A stretch of 53,522 nt of DNA from Armatimonadota bacterium (lineage in GTDB: Bacteria > Vulcanimicrobiota > JACPDS01 > JBDRKI01), in the NCBI GenBank assembly GCA_043814095.1, contig JBDRKI010000046.1, forward strand, positions 1 to 53,522. The letters run 5' to 3'. The translations under genes and the position numbers were made by a program. Under the pieces are notes generated by a model, which had not been told where the DNA came from, did no database searches, and worked only from the letters and a program-made list of their open reading frames with translations. Below are positions 8,929-18,133 of this stretch, piece after piece; positions within the stretch are counted from its first letter, which is position 1, and each line of letters opens with the position of its first letter.

Positions 8929-9404
8929 ATTATTTTTTCTTCAATAAAATCAGCTACTTTCATATAATCATCCCTGTTAAAAACAGGCAGGTTTAAATCT
9001 TTTAATCTCTCCCCTATCACTGCTATCAGCTTTTCCTTATCCCAGTTTACTCTTTTTATATCAGTATAAACGCCTATCTGGGGAACATTCTCTCCCTTAA
9101 AACCTTCCACGATAATTAAATCATATTCCTTCGCGTAATTATTAATAAGGTTCTCAAGTTTTTCTTCTTCTTTTATTTTCTTTACGACAGCAAGGGTTTC
9201 TTTGTCTTCCATTATAACCATATCCGCGCCTGCTTTGGCAAAACGGTATGTGTCTTTTCCTTCTTTATCCAGGTCAAGATAACTTAAAATATGCTTTATA
9301 ACGCAGACGGTGTATCCCCTGTTCTTAAACTCGGGTATCATCTTCTCTATTAATGTGGTCTTACCTGAATTAGAATGGCCTGCCAGCGCTATTATATTAT
9401 TCAT
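8907..9404 (-). CDS. mobB: Molybdopterin-guanine dinucleotide biosynthesis protein B
   Basis: P-loop GHSNSGKTT, VIKH, GKDTYRF..AGA, DLIIVEGFK; ATG at 9404 after GGAG. Confidence 0.9.
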   Translation of the reverse strand: MNNIIALAGHSNSGKTTLIEKMIPEFKNRGYTVCVIKHILSYLDLDKEGKDTYRFAKAGADMVIMEDKETLAVVKKIKEEEKLENLINNYAKEYDLIIVEGFKGENVPQIGVYTDIKRVNWDKEKLIAVIGERLKDLNLPVFNRDDYMKVADFIEEKIIGGPGRI

Positions 9405-9460
9405 AAAACACTCCAAACAGTTTAGTTTGTAAAACATATTATAATTCTTTTTGCAATATA

Positions 9461-9488
9461 AAAAGCCCTGTTAAACAACAGAGCTTTT
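9461..9488. terminator. Intrinsic terminator hairpin downstream of the 9509..10072 gene
   Basis: AAAAGCCCTGTT-AAAC-AACAGAGCTTTT inverted repeat. Confidence 0.65.
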
Positions 9489-9508
9489 ATACAATCTGCT
9501 TTTTACTA

Positions 9509-10072
9509 TTATTCTTTAGCTGTTATCATTTCAAATAAAAGTTTCAGTACTATATCATCTTTTTTCTTAATGGCCGCGGCTACTTTATCCATGAAAAGAA
9601 TTTTCTCTTTTTCGGTTGAAGATTTTTTAATTTTGCCGTTTACGGTAATATATTTTTCTGAAGATATATTAAAGTATATTTTTTTAGTTCCATCTTTAAC
9701 CATGACATAATTACCGTTCGGGCTGTCAACTATACTTATCCCATCGCCGTTTGCTTTATCGGTAATGGTTTTAAACCACCATATTTCTTCCAGCATCTGT
9801 TTGGGAGAAACCTTCAGGGGGATTATTTTTCCGTCTTTTTTTATAAGCTTTGCCATATGGTTCACATACAGTATATACTGGGCATCTTCTTTATTATATA
9901 TAACTACATAGCCTGCCTCCGGGTCTTCAAAGCCCGCTCTTCCTTTAACTGATTCCATTATTTCATCAAACTCTTTAACGGTAAAGTCTGCTTCGGCTAC
10001 AAGCTTATCCTGTCTTTTTACTGAAGTTAAATTATTTAGTTGATAATTTCTTACCGGGATACTGCTGATCAT
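9509..10072 (-). CDS. Orphan protein (187 aa) under the TTAACA-box promoter
   Basis: ORF with GGAGG RBS before ATG 10072 (MISSIPVRNYQLNNL...); no motif recognised. Confidence 0.75.
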   Translation of the reverse strand: MISSIPVRNYQLNNLTSVKRQDKLVAEADFTVKEFDEIMESVKGRAGFEDPEAGYVVIYNKEDAQYILYVNHMAKLIKKDGKIIPLKVSPKQMLEEIWWFKTITDKANGDGISIVDSPNGNYVMVKDGTKKIYFNISSEKYITVNGKIKKSSTEKEKILFMDKVAAAIKKKDDIVLKLLFEMITAKE

Positions 10073-10115
10073 ATAATCCTCCAATACCTGTAATTATATA
10101 TATGATTATAAGGAA

Positions 10116-10181
10116 ATTATATCATAATATATAAAAATAATTGTTAACAAATTATTGCTAAATTGTTAACTTTTTGTTAAC
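10116..10181 (-). promoter_or_regulatory. Four TTAACA-like boxes (11-bp period) plus extended -10 TGnTATAAT
   Basis: On the minus strand: GTTAACA 10181, GTTAACA 10170, AGCAATA 10159, GTTAACA 10148; TGA-TATAAT with the hexamer starting at 10121. Confidence 0.8.
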
Positions 10182-10292
10182 AAAACCTCCCTTATAACTT
10201 TATAATAAAACATATTATAATAAAAAAAGGAGTTGAAAACCGTATATAGAAGGTATTTCTGGCTCAAAATATCATAAAAAGGGGTATGTTTT

Positions 10293-12311
10293 ATGCTTAA
10301 TAAAGTTACAGATATGATTAAATCTAAAAAGAAGGATTATAAGATACTGGTTATCAATCCGGGTTCTACCAGCACTAAAATCGCCGTTTTCCAGAATGAG
10401 AAAAACGTTTTTCAGAAAAATATAGAGCACTCTTCCGGTAAGCTCGATAAATTCCCTAAGATGTGGGACCAGTACCCTTTCAGAAAAGAGATAATACTCC
10501 AGGAACTTAAAGATAACAATATAGATGTTGATACTTTTGACTGTATTGTGGGCAGGGGCGGCCTTATAAATCCCATACCGAGCGGCACATATGAAGTTGA
10601 CCAGCGGATGATTGAAGACGCAAGAGCGGCCATAAGAGGCGAACACGCATCAAACTTAGGCGCGATCCTCGCGTATTCAATAGCCACTGAACTTGATATA
10701 CCTTCATTTATAGTTGACCCGCCGGCGGTTGATGAGATGGAGCCCATAGCCAGAATATCAGGCACATCGGAGATACCCAGAGAGAGTCTGTTCCACGCGC
10801 TTAATATAAAGGCGGTTGCGCGGCTCGCGGCCAAAAAATTAAACAAAAAACTTGATAACTGCAACCTTATTCTTGTGCATCTCGGAGGGGGAATCTCCGT
10901 ATGCGCGCTTAAGAAAGGAAAAATAGCGGATCTTTACAACGCGCTTACCGAAGGGCCTTTCACTCCGGAGAGAGCGGGAACTATTCCCACAATACCGCTT
11001 GTAAAATTATGCTTCTCGGGCAAATATACCCAGAAAGAAATAACAAAGATGCTTGTTGGCAAAGGCGGTCTTGTATCATATCTCGGCACAAATAACGCCG
11101 CAACGGCCGAAGAGATGGTTGAAGACGGAAACCAGCACGCGCGCCTCATTTATGAGGCAATGGCATACCAGATATCCAAATGCATAGGCGCTATGGCAGT
11201 CGTCCTGGAAGGCAAAGTGGACCAGATAGTAATAACGGGAGGAATCGCCCGTTCGGATATGCTGATTGACTGGATAAGGGAAAAAACAAAATTCATAGCT
11301 AAGATAACTACTTTTCCCGGGGAACACGAGATGGAAGCGCTTGCTTTAGGGGGGCTTCGCATATTAAAAGGCGAAGAAGAAACCAAAAAATACACAAGAA
11401 AAAAATATAAGATAGGCCTGCTTTACTGGAAGCCGATAAACGAATACGAGATGGCTATAAGCGAACTGGAAAAGATATTAACTAAATCGGGATATAAATT
11501 AGATACCGGTGAAGCCGATATAGAATTTCTGGATAAAAACTGCCATTCAAGCGAACACCAGCTTGAAAACAATTTAAAATCCCTCATAGACGAAAAAGTA
11601 AACCTTATATACGCGGTGGGAACAACAATTATGCCTAAATTAATGCAGGTACTCAAAGACAAGAACATACCCGTCGTTAATGTCGCCACTTTTGATCCGG
11701 TCATTATGGGCATAATTGATTCTTATGATAAACCGGATTCATATATCACAGGCTCATATTACCGCGTTGATATGGCCGAGCAGATCAAAGAAGGGCTCTT
11801 AAAGCTTCTGCCAAACATCAAGCGTATCGGATTTTTATACAATAAAGGCGAGATACATCCCGAAATACAGCTTGAAGAAGCACGCAAATTCTGCAAAAAG
11901 AAAGGAATAGAGCTTTTTGACTACATAGCCAACACGGAAGAAGACTTAAGTAATTCCGTAAGCTACTTTAAAGAAAAACAGGTTGACGCGATTATAATGC
12001 CTGCCGATACGAATATAACGACGGCAAGAAGAAAAACAATACTTAAGATCTCCAACCAGTTCCCTACTCTATGCTCCGCTAAATCGGCAGTGCTTAAAGG
12101 TGGATTAGTATCATATACCAATAACTACAAAAGCGTGTGCACAATGGGCGCAAAGACCGCGTTAAGGGTATTAGACGGGACCCTCCCCAGCGAGATACCT
12201 TTTGTAAGCCCTAAATCCAAATACCTGATTATAAATAATAAAACTGCCATGCTTTTTGATATAAACACAAAACATATACAGCCCACAGGACTTGTGGAAA
12301 TAATTAAGTAA
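10293..12311 (+). CDS. buk: Butyrate kinase fused to a C-terminal ABC_sub_bind-type ligand-binding domain
   Basis: N-terminal half: ILVINPGSTSTK, GRGG, HASNLG, HALN, HLGGG, PERAG, TGG. C-terminal half: KRIGFLYN..E, VDAIIMPAD, GGLVSY..Y...G...A.RVL.G..PSEIP...LIIN.KTA. Confidence 0.85.
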   Translation: MLNKVTDMIKSKKKDYKILVINPGSTSTKIAVFQNEKNVFQKNIEHSSGKLDKFPKMWDQYPFRKEIILQELKDNNIDVDTFDCIVGRGGLINPIPSGTYEVDQRMIEDARAAIRGEHASNLGAILAYSIATELDIPSFIVDPPAVDEMEPIARISGTSEIPRESLFHALNIKAVARLAAKKLNKKLDNCNLILVHLGGGISVCALKKGKIADLYNALTEGPFTPERAGTIPTIPLVKLCFSGKYTQKEITKMLVGKGGLVSYLGTNNAATAEEMVEDGNQHARLIYEAMAYQISKCIGAMAVVLEGKVDQIVITGGIARSDMLIDWIREKTKFIAKITTFPGEHEMEALALGGLRILKGEEETKKYTRKKYKIGLLYWKPINEYEMAISELEKILTKSGYKLDTGEADIEFLDKNCHSSEHQLENNLKSLIDEKVNLIYAVGTTIMPKLMQVLKDKNIPVVNVATFDPVIMGIIDSYDKPDSYITGSYYRVDMAEQIKEGLLKLLPNIKRIGFLYNKGEIHPEIQLEEARKFCKKKGIELFDYIANTEEDLSNSVSYFKEKQVDAIIMPADTNITTARRKTILKISNQFPTLCSAKSAVLKGGLVSYTNNYKSVCTMGAKTALRVLDGTLPSEIPFVSPKSKYLIINNKTAMLFDINTKHIQPTGLVEIIK

Positions 12312-12334
12312 GGATATATCCTTATGGAGGATAA

Positions 12335-13414
12335 ATGACTCTTAAAATTTTCATCATAAATCCCGGCTCTACTTCAACAAAGCTTGCGGCTTATGAATAC
12401 AAAGAGGGGTTATCCCCTCTTTGTAATTTATCAACACAGCACGATAAAGAAGAATTTAAAAACTGTAAATCCTATCAGGATGAATACCCCATAAGGTATA
12501 AAAAAATAACAGACTTAATTAAGGAAAAAAATATAGACTTAAAAGAATACTCTGCCATAGTAAGCAGGGGCGGCCCTTTTAAACCCTTAGAAGGCGGCAC
12601 ATACATTATAAACGATAAACTTATAGAAGATATAGACAGCGGCAATGTCCTCTCTCCCCATATATCGCTTCTGTCTGCGAAATTCGCTTACAATCTCGCA
12701 AAAGAACACGGGATACCCGCTTATTTTGCAGACCCGGTTTCAACGGACGAATATCATGATTATTCACGCCCGTCAGGACTTTCAGAGATAGAAAGAATAA
12801 GTCTCTGGCACGCATTAAACTGCAAAGCGGTTGCAAGGGAAGCGGCAAAAGATACGGGTAAAAAGCTTGAAGATATAAATTTTGTCATCGCTCATTTAGG
12901 AGGCGGGATAACCGTTGCCGCTCTTTTAGGCGGCAGGGCCGTTGATTCAACAAACGCCAATTCCGAAGGAGCAATGTCGCCCGAAAGAGCAGGCACTCTC
13001 CCCGCACTTGAGCTTGTTAATTTATGCTACTCCGGAAGATATGATAAACAAGAACTTATAAAAAAGATAACCAAAGGCGGGGGGTTAGCCGCTTATCTGG
13101 GGACAAACGACGCAAAAGAAATAGAAGAAAAAGCCGAAAAAGGCGATGAGAAAGCAAAATTCTATTTAGAAACCATGGCTTACCAGGTATCTAAAGAGAT
13201 AGGCGCTTATTCGGCAGTACTTAAAGGCAGAGTTGACGCAATTATATTAACAGGCGGACTTGCCCGTTCAGAACTTGTTACAGATTTTATAAAAGAGAGG
13301 GTATCTTTTATAGCTCCTGTTAAAATATATCCCGGCGAAGATGAAATGCTTGCTTTAGCTCAGGCCGGAGTAAGAATCCTTAACGATGAAGAAAAAACTA
13401 AGGAATATGTTTAG
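12335..13414 (+). CDS. buk: Butyrate kinase (second paralog)
   Basis: INPGSTSTK, SRGG, HALN, HLGGGITV, SPERAG, LTGGLA, PGEDEM. Confidence 0.92.
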   Translation: MTLKIFIINPGSTSTKLAAYEYKEGLSPLCNLSTQHDKEEFKNCKSYQDEYPIRYKKITDLIKEKNIDLKEYSAIVSRGGPFKPLEGGTYIINDKLIEDIDSGNVLSPHISLLSAKFAYNLAKEHGIPAYFADPVSTDEYHDYSRPSGLSEIERISLWHALNCKAVAREAAKDTGKKLEDINFVIAHLGGGITVAALLGGRAVDSTNANSEGAMSPERAGTLPALELVNLCYSGRYDKQELIKKITKGGGLAAYLGTNDAKEIEEKAEKGDEKAKFYLETMAYQVSKEIGAYSAVLKGRVDAIILTGGLARSELVTDFIKERVSFIAPVKIYPGEDEMLALAQAGVRILNDEEKTKEYV

Positions 13415-13885
13415 TTATTTATCCGGCGGCGCTCCAGGCGGCTGGTTAACGGGATAAAATGTTTTTATATCCCATATAAAATTGTCTTTTTCGTTGGTTT
13501 CTTCAAGCCTATTCATCGGATCAATATTACAGCTTGCTTTTATTGATTGAGAATAACCCCAGTCAGTGGAACGGGAAAGACTGATTTCAATACCTTCGCC
13601 TGCTTTTAACTCCTGGATCTTTACTTTTTCAATACCCCTGCCGGTATCTACATCAACGGTAAACGGTCCGGAATCTATTTTGCTGTCATTTACTACATAA
13701 CTGCTGATTGTAACGGGATATCCCGCATAGGTACCAAAAATATGCATTTTAGCCGCAAACAGGTTCGTAAGTTCCTTCTTCTTCTTTTTCGCCTTTAATA
13801 ATTCTTTTATTTCCTGCTCTTTTAACGGACGTATTCTCTTTTCTAAAACCTTGTATTTTGCTGATTTTACGGTATTTTCTCCCAT
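13415..13885 (-). CDS. Hypothetical protein
   Basis: 156-aa ORF with AGGAGG RBS; no motif recognised. Confidence 0.7.
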   Translation of the reverse strand: MGENTVKSAKYKVLEKRIRPLKEQEIKELLKAKKKKKELTNLFAAKMHIFGTYAGYPVTISSYVVNDSKIDSGPFTVDVDTGRGIEKVKIQELKAGEGIEISLSRSTDWGYSQSIKASCNIDPMNRLEETNEKDNFIWDIKTFYPVNQPPGAPPDK

Positions 13886-14044
13886 AATTGCCTCCTATAA
13901 TGCATATCTGCTTATTTTAAGCTTATAAAATATAGATTTTTTTGTCAATATTCAAAAAATACTCCTTTTGACCTATATTCAGCTCCTCCCCTCTATTTTA
14001 TAATTATATTAGGGGAAGATAATTCCCTAAATCAGGAGGCAATT

Positions 14045-14368
14045 ATGGATATAAGAAATATAAAAGGGGCACCTAAATACGGGGATATAAAAAAGTATTT
14101 TAAACAGTTAAAAAAGGCTTATCAGAAGCTGACAGAAAAACTAGAAGGCAAACCCTTGACCCCTAAACAAAGAAAAGAAGTAGATAAAACTTTAGCTAAA
14201 ATCGAAAAAGGACTTGAAAAAATACAGGGTTTTGAAAATTATAAAGGGGGAAAAGAAAAATCCCCTGTGGGAAGAAATCTCTTGGTAGAGCTTCTCCAGG
14301 ATTATCTAGAATTACTCTTTTATGTCGCCAGTGACAAGAAAAAGCAAACTGCTAACAGAAAAAAATAA
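14045..14368 (+). CDS. Lys-rich helical hypothetical protein
   Basis: 107-aa ORF with AGGAGG RBS, followed by a hairpin. Confidence 0.7.
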   Translation: MDIRNIKGAPKYGDIKKYFKQLKKAYQKLTEKLEGKPLTPKQRKEVDKTLAKIEKGLEKIQGFENYKGGKEKSPVGRNLLVELLQDYLELLFYVASDKKKQTANRKK

Positions 14369-14387
14369 CTATCTTTTAAAACCTTTT

Positions 14388-14421
14388 ATGCAGACGCTTA
14401 CCGGGCGCCTGCATTTTATTT
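14388..14421 (+). terminator. Intrinsic terminator
   Basis: ATGCAGACGC-loop-GCGCCTGCAT followed by TTTATTT. Confidence 0.6.
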
Positions 14422-14494
14422 AAATCAGATGCAATATTAAAATAAATATGATATAATATTACTATAAGGGACAAGATAAATTAAGGGGGATCTT

Positions 14495-14701
14495 ATGTTA
14501 ACAACAAGAGGAATTAAAGTAAATATTCACAGAACAAATAAATTAAATAATTTTATAAAACCTTACACAAACGAAGAAAATTATACTTTCTTCGTTGACC
14601 TGCGCAGTGCTTCAACCCTGTCTGAGATATTAAGCATAGACAGCCGGGACCAGGAAGAGCTTGTGAACAAGCTTTTTAATGACATGAATATGAGAAATTA
14701 A
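14495..14701 (+). CDS. Small hypothetical protein
   Basis: 68-aa ORF with AGGGGG RBS and an upstream TGATATAAT extended -10 (14449-14457). Confidence 0.55.
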   Translation: MLTTRGIKVNIHRTNKLNNFIKPYTNEENYTFFVDLRSASTLSEILSIDSRDQEELVNKLFNDMNMRN

Positions 14702-14740
14702 CTGTATAGATAAAATATCTGTAGTTTTGTTATATAAAAT

Positions 14741-14769
14741 AAAAAGGCCCTTTAAAAAAGGGTCTTTTT
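14741..14769. terminator. Bidirectional terminator between the 14495 ORF and tRNA-Leu
   Basis: AAAAAGGCCCTTT-AAA-AAAGGGTCTTTTT. Confidence 0.7.
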
Positions 14770-14778
14770 GTTATGTAT

Positions 14779-14867
14779 TGGTGCCGAAGGCCGGGGTCGA
14801 ACCGGCATGGATGTTGCCACCCGCAGGATTTTAAGTCCTGTGCGTCTACCAATTCCGCCACTTCGGC
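14779..14867 (-). tRNA. tRNA-Leu (TAA)
   Basis: Acceptor stem GCCGAAG/CTTCGGC, anticodon arm CAGGA-CTTAAAA-TCCTG, long variable arm, GTTCGA T-loop, ACCA end. Confidence 0.97.
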
Positions 14868-15051
14868 AGGAAATACTATAAAATTATAACAAATTAATGC
14901 CAAAAGTCAATCAGCTGAAAAAGACTTGTTGAGAAGATAAAATTGCTGTATAATCTAATTTAATATATACAACATAATCCTTATTATACAGAATATTTTT
15001 ACGGATATTTCTATAAAAAGGAAAAAAACTTATTAAAAAGAAATAAAAAAT

Positions 15052-16233
15052 ATGTTTAAAAATCCAAACAAAGACAATCAAATAAAGGATTTCCCCTCAT
15101 GGGTTGAGATAAATCTTGACGCCCTGGAGCATAATTATAATCAGATAAAAAAAATAACAAACGGTCAGATGATACTTCCCATAGTTAAAGCCGACGCTTA
15201 CGGACACGGCGTTATCCGGGTATGCAGAAAACTTGAAAATCTCGGAGTGAAAACCGTCGCGGTGGCAACCTTATCCGAAGCAAGACAGCTTTCTAATAGT
15301 AAAATAAATATGGATGTCCTTATACTCCTTGCGGGCCTCCCCCGGCAGGCAGAGACTATCGTAAAGTACGGCTTCATACAGACAGTATCAAGCTACCAGA
15401 TGGCTCAGGCTTTATCCGAGGAAGCCGTAAAACAGAATAAAACCTGCAGGGTTCATATTAAAATAGATACGGGAATGAACAGACTCGGCTTTTACCCGCA
15501 TGAAGCCGTTGATGCGGTTAAGAAAATCAGGAATTTAAAGAATATCAAAATAGAAGGGATCTATTCTCATTTTTCATCTTCTTTTATAGATGATAAAGAC
15601 TATACCATGCTTCAATGGAGCAGGTTTGATAATATTTTAAAAGAGCTGGAAAAACTGGGCATAGAAATAGAATACAAGCATATATCAAACTCGGCTTCTA
15701 TTGTTGACGCGGCTTTTATAAAATTGAATATGGTAAGACCGGGGATTATGCTTTACGGATTATATCCCACTCAGAAATTAAAAAATGTAATCTCTGTTGA
15801 ACCTATCTTAAGACTTAAAGCTAAGTTAATCTCGGTCAAAAAAATTACAGCCGATTCACACGTCAGCTACGGCATGACATACACAGCTTCAAAAAAATCA
15901 TCTCTTGCCGTGGTGCCTGTAGGTTATGCGGACGGTTATTCAAGAAGATTATCCCATAACATATCGGTAACCATAAAGGATAAGAAATATCCCGTAATCG
16001 GAAATATCTGTATGGATCAGATTATAGTGGATATTACAAAGGGAAAGAATTTTAAAATAGGCGAAGAGGTTACCTTAATCGGCGGCGGAGCAAATGAAAC
16101 TTCCATAGACGAGATAGCGCAAAAAACAAATACAATTAATTATGAAATAACATGCGGCATAAACAAACGACTGCCCAAGGTATATATAGAAAACAATGAA
16201 ATAACGGCGGTTGAAACCATCTTTGACGAGTAA
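15052..16233 (+). CDS. alr: Alanine racemase
   Basis: VKADAYGHG PLP-lysine motif, HIKIDTGMNRLG, VRPGIMLYG, GYADG, ICMDQ. Confidence 0.97.
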   Translation: MFKNPNKDNQIKDFPSWVEINLDALEHNYNQIKKITNGQMILPIVKADAYGHGVIRVCRKLENLGVKTVAVATLSEARQLSNSKINMDVLILLAGLPRQAETIVKYGFIQTVSSYQMAQALSEEAVKQNKTCRVHIKIDTGMNRLGFYPHEAVDAVKKIRNLKNIKIEGIYSHFSSSFIDDKDYTMLQWSRFDNILKELEKLGIEIEYKHISNSASIVDAAFIKLNMVRPGIMLYGLYPTQKLKNVISVEPILRLKAKLISVKKITADSHVSYGMTYTASKKSSLAVVPVGYADGYSRRLSHNISVTIKDKKYPVIGNICMDQIIVDITKGKNFKIGEEVTLIGGGANETSIDEIAQKTNTINYEITCGINKRLPKVYIENNEITAVETIFDE

Positions 16234-16240
16234 ATAAAAC

Positions 16241-17149
16241 TTACATTTGATCTGAAAGCTGCTGACTTATACTTATAAAATTCTGTTTAATAATCCCCAG
16301 CCTGTTTGCAAATTCTTCAACTTTTGTAATCCGGGATTCTAAATCCGAGGTATCCCCCGCTTTAAGACCTGATATAACTTCATCTAAAGTTGATAAAAGC
16401 TCCCCTATAGTTTGTCTTGAATCACTTATATTGGCAACTATCTCAGGATAAAGATTTTTCTCTTCCGGCTTGGCTGATTCAAACTGGTTTAAAGCGCCTT
16501 TAAAGAGGCCTTTAAGCTCAAGAGTATACCCTAAAAGCTCTTTGGGCTTTACCTTGCCTTCAACTACCCCGTAAGCCAGTTCCTTAAACCTTGATATATT
16601 GGAATATTCCTCTACTTCCTCGTAAAACTCCCCTATCTGACCCGTGTCTTCATCTAGATCCGCATATTCGGTAATCTCCTGAAAACCCTTAGTCAGCGTC
16701 TTGCCGCACCCTCCGCAAATCTTTGCTTCTTTCGGATTTTTATGACTGCAGAAGATGCAGTTTACAAAAAGCGAGGCTTCCAGTTCTTCTTTTGCTTTCT
16801 GGAATATGTCATTCATCTCTGCGTAAATTTCATAAAGTTTTTTATCCGCAACAGAGAGATCTTCCATAGCTTTATCCATGCGTTCAACCTTTTTATCCTG
16901 CAAATACATACCAAGATCAGAAAGACCTTTCTGGTACTCATTTATAGCTTTTTTCATGACTTCCCAGCGGGCTTTTGAGTTGGGATCAAGAAATATGGTC
17001 TCATCCTGCTCAAGCATGAGAAGATCTCCCAGATCCTTGGTAACTATATCTATAACCTGTTTAAGGGCATCCTCGCCGGTCTGACCGGATTTTATAGCGT
17101 TTACAACATTCTGCAAGACTATTAACCTCGGGGACGGGGTATATTCCAT
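16241..17149 (-). CDS. Helical protein with a central double zinc ribbon
   Basis: CIFCSHKNPKEAKICGGCG motif between two helical regions. Confidence 0.75.
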   Translation of the reverse strand: MEYTPSPRLIVLQNVVNAIKSGQTGEDALKQVIDIVTKDLGDLLMLEQDETIFLDPNSKARWEVMKKAINEYQKGLSDLGMYLQDKKVERMDKAMEDLSVADKKLYEIYAEMNDIFQKAKEELEASLFVNCIFCSHKNPKEAKICGGCGKTLTKGFQEITEYADLDEDTGQIGEFYEEVEEYSNISRFKELAYGVVEGKVKPKELLGYTLELKGLFKGALNQFESAKPEEKNLYPEIVANISDSRQTIGELLSTLDEVISGLKAGDTSDLESRITKVEEFANRLGIIKQNFISISQQLSDQM

Positions 17150-17226
17150 AGCTATACTTCCTTATAAATAACTTATTTTACTTAATTTTATTCTACATTT
17201 CTTAAAATTATTCCTTTTTATATAAT

Positions 17227-17292
17227 GTTAACAAATTTTTAACATTTTGTTAACATTTTGGCAATAAATATTAAACTGGATTATGATATGAT
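17227..17292 (+). promoter_or_regulatory. Four TTAACA-like boxes (11-bp period) plus extended -10 TGnTATGAT
   Basis: GTTAACA 17227, TTTAACA 17238, GTTAACA 17249, GGCAATA 17260; TGA-TATGAT with the hexamer at 17287. Confidence 0.8.
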
Positions 17293-17331
17293 ATAAGTGT
17301 AATATAATGATTATTCAGCGGAGGAATTATT

Positions 17332-17895
17332 ATGGGAAAAATTGGAAAATTTCGCCAAACAGTAACTGGAACTGATAAAGCAGTGAAAATTCCTAAAAAA
17401 TTGAGCCCGGAAGATGCAAAGGCGCTTAAAGCAATCTTTATGAATGTTGCAGGTGAACTCGGGTTAGGTGACGGAGCAAGACAAAAGATTCTTAATGGTA
17501 TTGATGAGATGACAATAGGAGAGAAAGATTTAAGTGTAACTGCAACTAATATAAAAGAGTCTGCAGGAAAACCTTCAAAACCGGCAGTTATTAAAGGCGG
17601 TAAATCCGGAACAATCGAAGAAATTTTTGTAAAAGGTATTAATAGGTTAGATGAAGCAGAACTAAGAAGGCTTAAAGTTGAGTTTATGAATATTGCTAAT
17701 GAACATGGTTTGAGTGATAAATCAAAAACAAAAATACTTAATCTTATTGACGAGACAATGGCAAAGGCGCCTAAAATTAAAGGCACAGCAACAAAGCCTC
17801 CTACAGGCCGCCAGATGAGAAGACCCGAACTTAAGGTTGATGCTGACGGTAAGTTAATAAGGTTGTTCAGAAGAGCAGCCCGCTGTTTTAAATAG
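17332..17895 (+). CDS. Lys-rich orphan protein with two copies of a ~37-aa helical repeat
   Basis: GGAGG RBS; LK..FMN.A.E.GL....+.KILN.IDE occurs twice. Confidence 0.75.
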   Translation: MGKIGKFRQTVTGTDKAVKIPKKLSPEDAKALKAIFMNVAGELGLGDGARQKILNGIDEMTIGEKDLSVTATNIKESAGKPSKPAVIKGGKSGTIEEIFVKGINRLDEAELRRLKVEFMNIANEHGLSDKSKTKILNLIDETMAKAPKIKGTATKPPTGRQMRRPELKVDADGKLIRLFRRAARCFK

Positions 17896-17933
17896 ATATA
17901 ATAATATAGGGTTAAAACGCCCGGGAGGATATT

Positions 17934-18131
17934 ATGGGAACAACAGCAGGAAGAATAAGCACAATAGCTTCTGTAAAAACCACATCTGCAAAGAAAACAA
18001 GAGCAGTAAAAACAAAAAAGACTACATTGCAGAAATTTAAAGAACTTGCAGAAAAAATCATTAATCATTTAAACGAAAAAATCGTAGAACATGCAAAAGA
18101 TATTATAGATTCACCTGTAAATAAAATGTAA
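17934..18131 (+). CDS. Small peptide (65 aa): Thr/Lys-rich N-terminus and amphipathic helix
   Basis: GGAGG RBS; co-oriented directly after the 17332 gene. Confidence 0.65.
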   Translation: MGTTAGRISTIASVKTTSAKKTRAVKTKKTTLQKFKELAEKIINHLNEKIVEHAKDIIDSPVNKM

Positions 18132-18133
18132 TT

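Noticed and set aside
8854-14867. Genomic island integrated between tRNA-Trp and tRNA-Leu
   Set aside because: No integrase and no duplicated tRNA 3' end was seen; the contents are mostly metabolic genes.
17271-18068. 265-aa minus-strand ORF
   Set aside because: Antisense shadow of 17332..17895 and 17934..18131, which have RBSs, a promoter and amino-acid-level repeat conservation.
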